Assembly: GCA_020697715.1 (NCBI GenBank)
Contig: JAEHCO010000012.1
Span: forward strand, 1-17,671
Length of the DNA: 17,671 bases
Reading direction: 5' to 3'
Source: Methanobacteriota archaeon
Lineage (GTDB): Archaea > Thermoplasmatota > Thermoplasmata > SG8-5 > JAGLSY01
A program made the translations under genes and the position numbers. A model generated the notes under the pieces. It did no database searches and was not told where the DNA came from. It saw only the letters and a program-made list of their open reading frames with translations. Shown here in pieces: positions 1 to 7,200 of the stretch. Within the stretch, counting starts at the first letter, position 1; each line of letters opens with the position of its first letter.

Positions 1-129
1 GGGATCGCCATGAGTCATTTCGAGGTCTCGGCAATAGAGCTCGGAAAGGCAGGAAAATGGGTATTTGAGGAACCTGATATAAAGAAGATCAATGATCAAT
101 ACGAATATGTCGGTAGCTATTTGATCTAA
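1..129 (+). CDS. Nitroreductase-family protein, C-terminal fragment (partial)
   Basis: Frame 1 is open from base 1 to TAA at 127-129: GIAMSHFEVSAIELGKAGKWVFEEPDIKKINDQYEYVGSYLI*. The 'GIAMxHFE...ELG..G.W' pattern matches the C-terminus of TM1586-like nitroreductases. Not in the ORF track because it is truncated. Confidence 0.7.
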   Translation, partial: GIAMSHFEVSAIELGKAGKWVFEEPDIKKINDQYEYVGSYLI

Positions 130-144
130 TTCAAAAACAGTCTC
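130..144 (-). terminator. Possible oligo-T archaeal terminator of the minus-strand operon
   Basis: Minus strand reads GAGACTGTTTTTGAA right after the stop of 145..702, in a 15-nt gap between convergent genes. Confidence 0.3.
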
Positions 145-702
145 TCACCAGGTGTAGAAGTGCATCTTGACCTCGCCATCTCCACCGAATGCCAATGAAT
201 TCCATGAGGATGCATGAACTTCATCACCAAGTTCACTCTTGAAATTATCAAAGTTTGGTGCCATGTCGATGGAGGTCCTGTTCATCGACATTCTGATATT
301 GCCGTATTCTATCCAGAGGGCCCAATCGTATATTGGCTCCACGATGAGATTTGCCTGTATCGATATATTTTCATTGTAAGAGAGAAAATTATCAGGAGCC
401 ACATCCCCATCTTTTAGCAAATGTAATTCTTCCATTAACAGGAATTGCACACTAAGATTATTGCGGATATGGATAATATTGTAAGAGTCGATGTAGGATA
501 CCACCGGAATACTGGAACTCATCCATGCCAGCCGCACTTGGTCATTGTATTCCGCACTTTGATGATCCCTTATCAGTTCCGCACTATCTGACATGGTGAC
601 ACCGATCGTCAGAAAAAGGCCAGAAATGATGATCATGATGACGAAGAACAGCATCGCGTCTAGTAAGGACATCATGCCATCATCATCCCATCTTTTACTC
701 AA
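145..702 (-). CDS. Pilin-like protein with putative class III signal peptide (minor pilin)
   Basis: MSKRWDDDG|MMSLLDAMLFFVIMIIISGLFLTIGV: short charged leader, Gly, then a hydrophobic helix and a soluble domain. TTG start is preceded by a perfect GGAGGTGA SD that overlaps the upstream stop. Confidence 0.7.
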   Translation of the reverse strand: MSKRWDDDGMMSLLDAMLFFVIMIIISGLFLTIGVTMSDSAELIRDHQSAEYNDQVRLAWMSSSIPVVSYIDSYNIIHIRNNLSVQFLLMEELHLLKDGDVAPDNFLSYNENISIQANLIVEPIYDWALWIEYGNIRMSMNRTSIDMAPNFDNFKSELGDEVHASSWNSLAFGGDGEVKMHFYTW

Positions 703-708
703 TTTCCA

Positions 709-1260
709 TCACCTCCATATTGCCACCACCAGGAAGCTGGCTCTGTAATTTCCATCCGCATCCTCGACAACCACTGGTGTGGATTTCGAATATACGTCCA
801 CTCCAATAGGGCGATCCTCGGTGTTTATGGGCCCAAAATTCTGTCTATCGCCATGTATCGTCTCAATGTATTCACTTCTATCCAGCAACAATATTTGATA
901 TTCGAAATGCTTCAGCTCTGGTGTGAATTGATATTTCCAATCATCGATATCTGTATTGTTGAATGCCCGCCCGTTCAATACACCTTCCTGACTCAATGTG
1001 ATATTATTCCAGTTCAGTATCTCATTTGAAAAGTTATTTAGATTATCCAGCATCAGCGTGCTCTCATTGAACCTATTGTATGCCCCATAGACGATGATGG
1101 TGTTTGTTACGAACAATCCCACGGCAAAGAGAATGAATAATAATTTTGGCAGATCCTCAAAGAATCCAGCGACTCCATTATTATTGATACACAGTCTATT
1201 CTTTCTTCGCACTCCATATGATCTATTAGACCTCTGCCATCTCCTCATTTTTTGCATCAT
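709..1260 (-). CDS. Pilin-like protein with putative class III signal peptide (minor pilin)
   Basis: Basic leader, then ...INNNG|VAGFFEDLPKLLFILFAVGLFV, an amphipathic helix and a terminal beta strand (ASFLVVAIWR). Start moved from 1290 to ATG 1260 (AGGT just upstream; avoids overlap with the VWA gene). Confidence 0.7.
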   Translation of the reverse strand: MMQKMRRWQRSNRSYGVRRKNRLCINNNGVAGFFEDLPKLLFILFAVGLFVTNTIIVYGAYNRFNESTLMLDNLNNFSNEILNWNNITLSQEGVLNGRAFNNTDIDDWKYQFTPELKHFEYQILLLDRSEYIETIHGDRQNFGPINTEDRPIGVDVYSKSTPVVVEDADGNYRASFLVVAIWR

Positions 1261-1264
1261 CGAT

Positions 1265-3061
1265 TTACCTACTTTCTCTATCGAATGCATTACAATCGTA
1301 GCAGAACCATCGTTTTGAATTTCCCAGGAAGGTCAATGGTTTTTTGCATTTGGCACATTTGTTCTGGAAGTTTCCTTTCTCCAGATATTTTTTACAACTG
1401 TCGCAATACCATCTACCATATTTGCCCAAGAATGAAGCATGCTGGCCACATTTCTTACAGTAAACCTCTGTTGGATCAGTCTTGACCGCCTTGCCTCTTA
1501 TGGAATAGAGATCGAGAAGTTCTTTCGACCCATGAATTTTAAATTCGACAGCGAAATTCGAGAATATATCGATCAGGTCATCCGTATCCTGGACCTTATG
1601 ATATTCCCCACCTGTCTTATTCGCGATCGTCATAAGGAATTCTTCATCAACGCTGTCTCCGTAACCCAGTGTGTTGATGATCATATCTTTTCTGGGGACT
1701 ATCCTTCTATCGACTATCTGAATACATTCTTCCATATTTTCAGGCTTACCATCCATCAAAAGTACGATCATCTTGTGTTTTTGATGATCGAGTTCCTTTG
1801 CCACTTCAATTGCTTTTATCAAGCCATCTTCTAGATTTGTCAGACCATGCCAGTTCTTGGCTATCTCGCCCAGCATGGCTTCGCCAAATTCCGCTATTGG
1901 GACTGCCGAGCTACAACTATGCGTCCCGTTGGGAAATTTAACAGGAATGCCCTCATCACTGAAATAGACCATGCCAAAGGCATTGTTCTGTCTCTTTATT
2001 TGAGAATAATTCAATACCGCCAAGGCCGTCCCATCAATTCTGGACACCAATTCCTTGTCGCGCATCCTTTCTATCAGAACAGTTCCATGTTTATTTGTGA
2101 ATTTTGATCCGTTTGCTTCTATTATTTCATGTGTCTTATCACCTATCACCATATCCTCTGTATCCATACTACCTGAAAGGTCGACCATCAGGATACTGTC
2201 GTAACCATTCAGTTTATTGTGCCTAGTGTTGGGAGAATTCTGAATTTCATTGGATTTAGAAATGTTCCCGCCCGATGATTCTGGTTTTGTACCAATTGTA
2301 TCTGACTGCCTCTTGGGAGAAGATGCAGATTTTTCCTTAGTTTTCTTACCTATAGAGAGTATTGTCGAACAATTGGTGCATTTATCTGAGTTCGGTGGAT
2401 TTATTGTTCCACAGACTGGGCATTTGATCTCCTGCTCGGTACTCGGTTCTTCGATTTCTATTATTACACTTGTATTATCGGCTACCACGACATCTTCGAT
2501 GTTCTTATTACCTGAAAGATCGGCCATCGGGATATTGTCATGATCATCCTGATCGGGCCAAGTGTAGGAGAAATCCTGAATTCCATTGAATTTGGCAACA
2601 TCCCCATCTGACAGTTCTGGTTTTGTATCAATCACACTCAATTGAATATCCAGTTCTTTCAGGATAAAAGAACTGCCCTTTTGAAAAGCTTTATTCTTCA
2701 TTAATTTGATTAAAATATTCTCTTTTTCCCTCACTCTCTGAAGAACATCACCTCTTTTCTTAGAACCGACCATATTCTCTATTCCGAGATCTAGAGAATT
2801 TATCTGGACCAGATTTTCCTGGTAGATATTCGTGTCCATCTTTGCCCCATCTTCGATTCCATTGGACAGCATTAGCAGAGAACTCACTCCCACAGTGCCA
2901 GATTCCATATCGCTTTGAACCTCCACAGTTCCCAGGATCCTATTACCTGTCGATGTCTGTGTGAGAGATATCAGATCTCCCGCATTCACTCCTAAATTTG
3001 ATGCATCATTAGGGTTGATCACAATATCTCCTTTATTTGATTCCACAATGCTAAGTTCCAC
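1265..3061 (-). CDS. Cytoplasmic multidomain protein: CDC48/VAT N-domain-like + zinc ribbon + VWA + two C-terminal zinc ribbons
   Basis: N-terminus IVINPNDASNLGVNAGDLISL...GTVGVS...GIEDG (double-psi barrel-like) and LMKNKAFQKG...LSVIDTKP (CDC48 subdomain 2-like); CPVCG..N....C.NC; intact MIDAS (DLSGS, GLTNL, LLMDG), INTLGYG, IANKTGGEY; CKKC...RWYCDSC and CAKC...RWFCYDC. GTG start with GAGGTG SD 6 nt upstream. Confidence 0.85.
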   Translation of the reverse strand: MELSIVESNKGDIVINPNDASNLGVNAGDLISLTQTSTGNRILGTVEVQSDMESGTVGVSSLLMLSNGIEDGAKMDTNIYQENLVQINSLDLGIENMVGSKKRGDVLQRVREKENILIKLMKNKAFQKGSSFILKELDIQLSVIDTKPELSDGDVAKFNGIQDFSYTWPDQDDHDNIPMADLSGNKNIEDVVVADNTSVIIEIEEPSTEQEIKCPVCGTINPPNSDKCTNCSTILSIGKKTKEKSASSPKRQSDTIGTKPESSGGNISKSNEIQNSPNTRHNKLNGYDSILMVDLSGSMDTEDMVIGDKTHEIIEANGSKFTNKHGTVLIERMRDKELVSRIDGTALAVLNYSQIKRQNNAFGMVYFSDEGIPVKFPNGTHSCSSAVPIAEFGEAMLGEIAKNWHGLTNLEDGLIKAIEVAKELDHQKHKMIVLLMDGKPENMEECIQIVDRRIVPRKDMIINTLGYGDSVDEEFLMTIANKTGGEYHKVQDTDDLIDIFSNFAVEFKIHGSKELLDLYSIRGKAVKTDPTEVYCKKCGQHASFLGKYGRWYCDSCKKYLEKGNFQNKCAKCKKPLTFLGNSKRWFCYDCNAFDRESR

Positions 3062-3095
3062 CCATTACACCTCTTATCGTCCCGATAGGGATGAT

Positions 3096-3105
3096 TTTAT
3101 AAAAA
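3096..3105 (-). promoter_or_regulatory. Putative TATA box of the minus-strand operon
   Basis: Minus strand reads TTTTTATAAA about 25 nt upstream of the GAGGTG SD (3073-3068). Confidence 0.5.
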
Positions 3106-3217
3106 TCTTAGGGAATTGATCATATTTTCTGTAATTGATATCATTTCATACACTGGCCATAGTAATTAACAATAGTAAACTTTTAATACTATACTATTAG
3201 TAATAATTATACCTATA

Positions 3218-3232
3218 CGAAACAAATATATA
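3218..3232 (+). promoter_or_regulatory. Putative BRE-TATA promoter of the plus-strand pilus operon
   Basis: CGAAACAAATATATA about 30 nt upstream of ATG 3262; the same CGAAAC + TATA arrangement occurs at 17378-17394. Confidence 0.45.
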
Positions 3233-3261
3233 CATTCTTAAGGTTTCATCCTTGTGATATT

Positions 3262-3705
3262 ATGAATAATCTAAGAACTAAATTTAGTATCCATAAGGGC
3301 TTGAGGGAAGATAATGGTGGCGTACTTGGCCTACCACTAAATCTATTGATCATGGTTGTGATTGCAGCTGTAGCGATAGGAATTATATTGTCATGGATGT
3401 TTCTTTTGACACCGCCTCTGGAATACATAGAGGTAACACCGACAATGGTCAATGATGTTGGCACTGCCAATACATCTTTTGACGTAGAGATCATCGCACA
3501 CAATGACAAGGGAACAATGAGTGGTTGTGAGATAACTATTGATGGCGCAGGAATAGATATGAAAGCTATCACAGGCGATGATGGTTCATACACATTTGTA
3601 GGCGTCACACCTACATTACCCCCGAACACGAACTCGGATTTTATCCAGGTTACTGTGTCCGGTGGCGGTAATGTTGTCACTCAAAGTATCGCAGTGAACA
3701 AATGA
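3262..3705 (+). CDS. Archaeal pilin-like protein (candidate major pilin) with a carboxypeptidase-regulatory-like beta-sandwich
   Basis: LREDNGG|VLGLPLNLLIMVVIAAVAIGIILSW class III-like signal; C-domain GCEITIDG...AITGDDGSYTF. First gene of the operon; ATGA overlap with the next gene. Confidence 0.8.
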   Translation: MNNLRTKFSIHKGLREDNGGVLGLPLNLLIMVVIAAVAIGIILSWMFLLTPPLEYIEVTPTMVNDVGTANTSFDVEIIAHNDKGTMSGCEITIDGAGIDMKAITGDDGSYTFVGVTPTLPPNTNSDFIQVTVSGGGNVVTQSIAVNK

Positions 3706-4211
3706 GACCAATAGACAGGAGGGGGATGGAGGGATTCCCCCTAAACCTTCTGATAATGTTCATTGTCGTTGCCATGATAGTTCCAATATCCTGGAATTAC
3801 CTCGAGGTCTATTCCACGCGGCAGACCCAACAAACAATAGATACTCAATTGAGCTACCTGGAATCAGCAGTGAGAGAGGTGTACTCCATGGGTCCCGGAA
3901 ACTCAAGGGTGGTGGACATGGATATACCAGGAGGAGTGGTGGCCGATCTGGAATATATGCGTATTGGCGGAGCTCCGAATGACGTATGGTCTAATCTATC
4001 CAGCTTCAGATACAGCATCAATGGCGGCGCGGAACAGTATTACATGATCACGGATCCCAATATCGCGATGGTGAATATGACGGGAGTTTTGGAATTCAGT
4101 GAAGGACACAAGAAGATAGAGGTCCGAACACTGGATGAGTTAGTTGAAGGAGATCTTGATGGAGATGGAGCCAAGTATTCGTGGGTGGTGGAAGTGAGAC
4201 TGGTCTATTAG
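3702..4211 (+). CDS. Archaeal pilin-like protein (minor pilin)
   Basis: MRPIDRRG|MEGFPLNLLIMFIVVAMIVP signal; helix ending VYSMGPGNSRVV; clear paralogue of the N-domain of 4257..9635; DLDGDG loop near the C-terminus. Confidence 0.8.
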   Translation: MRPIDRRGMEGFPLNLLIMFIVVAMIVPISWNYLEVYSTRQTQQTIDTQLSYLESAVREVYSMGPGNSRVVDMDIPGGVVADLEYMRIGGAPNDVWSNLSSFRYSINGGAEQYYMITDPNIAMVNMTGVLEFSEGHKKIEVRTLDELVEGDLDGDGAKYSWVVEVRLVY

Positions 4212-4256
4212 ATGATTAACAATAAGATTCAGATAAATAATTAATGAGATGATAAA

Positions 4257-7200
4257 ATGGGACGAGGGATTGGAAGAGACCGGGGAGGTATCGAAGAGAT
4301 ACCTATGAAATTACTCGTTATCATGGTCGCTGTGGGCTTCATTGTCCCAGCAGCATACCATGGCATGAGTGTGAATGCACAGAATCAGACCAAGACTGAT
4401 TTGCAGGATGCTATGGACGAGCTGGTGACCGCCATACGTTTTGTATATGGTCAGGGTACATTGGAAACAAGGGAGGTCACTCTCGATCTGGGCAATTCAA
4501 GATTTTCCGATCTTGGACCTATAATAATAGGAGATCGGATAGGAGAACATCCTGGGGTTAACCAATCCACAATATCGTACAAATATGGGTCTGCGTGGGA
4601 GCATGTCGTTGTCACTGATCCGAACATCCCGATAACATCTCCAGACAACAGTGCTCTGATATTGGATGGGTATGATAAATGGGAGCTCGTGATCCAGAAG
4701 GACACGATAGGCTTCACAGATTTTGTCGTTGTCAGGGTCAAGGGCCAGGAAGGCGAGGTTCAGATGCCAGATCTGTACGTGGGCTCCATTTCGGTTCTCA
4801 ATAATCCAATAGAGGGTGGCTATGAAGTGGATGATGATACCTGGCAGGAGTATAAACCCGAGATGTTAACTCCTTTTGTCCCGCCCGGATATTCACTTTC
4901 TGCTGTCATTAAGAATATCGGTAACCTGGGCACGGATGATCCGGATGCTAAATGGAACGATGGCATAGGTGAGGATGATGGAGTTATAAGAGTTAGATTT
5001 ATTGATTACATAATTGATAAAAATGAGACCAGGCAGATAGGGGAACCAGTAATTATCACAAATCTCGCTCCAGATGAGGAGATCACGATCACGGCGGATC
5101 AACCATGGAGGGTGGTGGATTATCTGTATAGAGACTGGGCATTTGATAGAGAATTGCTTAATAGGAAGATAATCGCCCAGGTGGATTATATCGAATATGA
5201 CATCGATGTGGAGAACCAGACGAGCAACATAATAGGTGGCGACAATATTGATGAGATCGATGGGGAGAATAATAACAGGGAGTATTTGCACATTGAGATC
5301 CCCCCAGTGATCAATTCGGTAGAGGCTGAGTATGATGATCCAGATCCTGGAATAGGAGTATTTGTCCAGGGCATTGAAGTGTTCAATAAGTTCACCATAA
5401 ATGCGACCGATGAGAACGGTTTCGTATGGCAGATCCTCATGTGGTACAATGGGGATGAACTTTCCATTGAGGTACCTGCGGATTGTGATATCCCCACTCA
5501 GGTGCTCATGGAAGAAGCTCGAAGGGGGAACTTCTTCACGACCTACATCGACATGGGTGGAATAAATGGAACTTCCAATCTCACAATAGCCGCGATTGAC
5601 AATGCAGGTGTTGGAAGTGACCCTTATGAAACCTCTATTTACATAGAACTCCCACCACGCTGGATGGAGAACACTGATGATCCGACAAGGGCGACTACCA
5701 GCAGAGAAACTGGAACACAATCTCGAACCTTCACACCCAGTACATCCGGGAATGCAACTGGGGGTAATGGTCCTGTCAAAGCCCAATTGAATTATTTCAC
5801 ATTGATATTGGAGCTTCCTCAAACTCTCAATGATGGTAAGAAGGCCGATGCTTCAGGGGATACACCATATGTCAGTGGTCAGGAAAATAAACAATCTGAG
5901 AAGTATGTGTTGGAATTAAAGATACCCATAGGTGGCGAGATATCTTTTGGGAAGGAGAAAACATTGGAATCGACAGTCATGGGCATGGAGGTCACAGGCA
6001 CAGCAGGTGTTGAAGCTTCTGTGAATGTTGGATTTCCAGATATTGAGATCAATCTGACCAAGATATTCGACCTTATCAAAGAAGGGAAATACCTGATAAC
6101 TAATTGGAAGCAGTTCGGCCCTCTTCTCAAAGATGTGAAGGTCAATGAAGGAACGGTTCTGGAAACAACAGTTGGTGAACTGTGGAAAAAGGTACTGAAA
6201 CCTGATAATGTGGCTGATTTGATGAATGCTCTCAATCAGACGAGGAATGCGGCTGAGAACGAGTCCGCAAATACTTCATCGGATTATAGTGGGATCACAG
6301 ATGCTATATCCAATATTGTAGAGATAGTTGAGGAATATCAGGCAACCTTCGAAACCCTGAAAGAAGTTTGGGGCACTGTCATGAATATTGCTGATAATCC
6401 GGCAAGCTTACTGGATCTGGTGAGTTTCGAGGCTCGGGTGTACGCGTCCCTTGAAGTTATGAGGGAATGGCAGATATTCAGTGCCAAATACCCCATATTC
6501 CCTCCATTTGTCATGGCATCTGTTGATGTGAGCGCGGCTTTTTCAGCAGTGGCAGATACAGAAGCAAAGATATCAGCAACTTTGTCAGGTGTTAAATTTG
6601 GTCAGGTTACAGCCACATTCACTCTGGGTCTTGGCCTATATTTAGTTTGCGAATTTAATATAGGAGTGAACTTCGGGATAGCCGGAGGTGGAATGTTTGG
6701 AAGAATAATCGGAAATCCGAATCTTGCTTTGACAACAGGATTCACTTATGACACTCCGACTATCGGTATCGATGGAACGACAGCTGGTGGTTTTATTCCT
6801 GTTTGTAATGGTGCCCTGGACGTATCCCTGATGGCAGAAATTGGAGCTTACGTTGAATTCCTGTGGTGGAGGAAGGATTGGACCTTCTACAAGGACGTTT
6901 TCCAACTTGGCCATTGGAGTTTTGATGTTTTCGAAGGTACGACGGAAATACCCCCAATATATGTTCCACCCGAGCAGGATCTGGATGCGATGGCAGAAAA
7001 GGATGGTACTATAAACTTCCCCAGAGGTCCGGCAAGTGCGACTTTCGATGGCAAGACCATAGTCGTGACAAGTAAGGATCTCAACAATGATTTCCTAAAT
7101 CCTAATTATCAGATACAGGCCAAGGCGGATGGCCCGGCCATGACCCCCTCTGATATTCTGACGACCAATAATAGGCTCAAGGTCGATCCTAAAGTCATAT

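Noticed and set aside
1261-1290. Start at 1290 for the second minus-strand pilin
   Set aside because: It overlaps the VWA gene end; ATG 1260 just after that stop is more plausible.
3052-3066. Tiny out-of-frame ORF (MGGT*) overlapping the VWA start
   Set aside because: Its ATG is only 2 nt from the SD; the GTG at 3061 has the proper spacing, and there is no evidence of a regulatory role.
4893-5822. 309-aa antisense ORF (and the other short antisense or overlapping ORFs in the track)
   Set aside because: They lie opposite or inside well-supported genes, have no SD or motifs, and show the composition expected of shadow ORFs.
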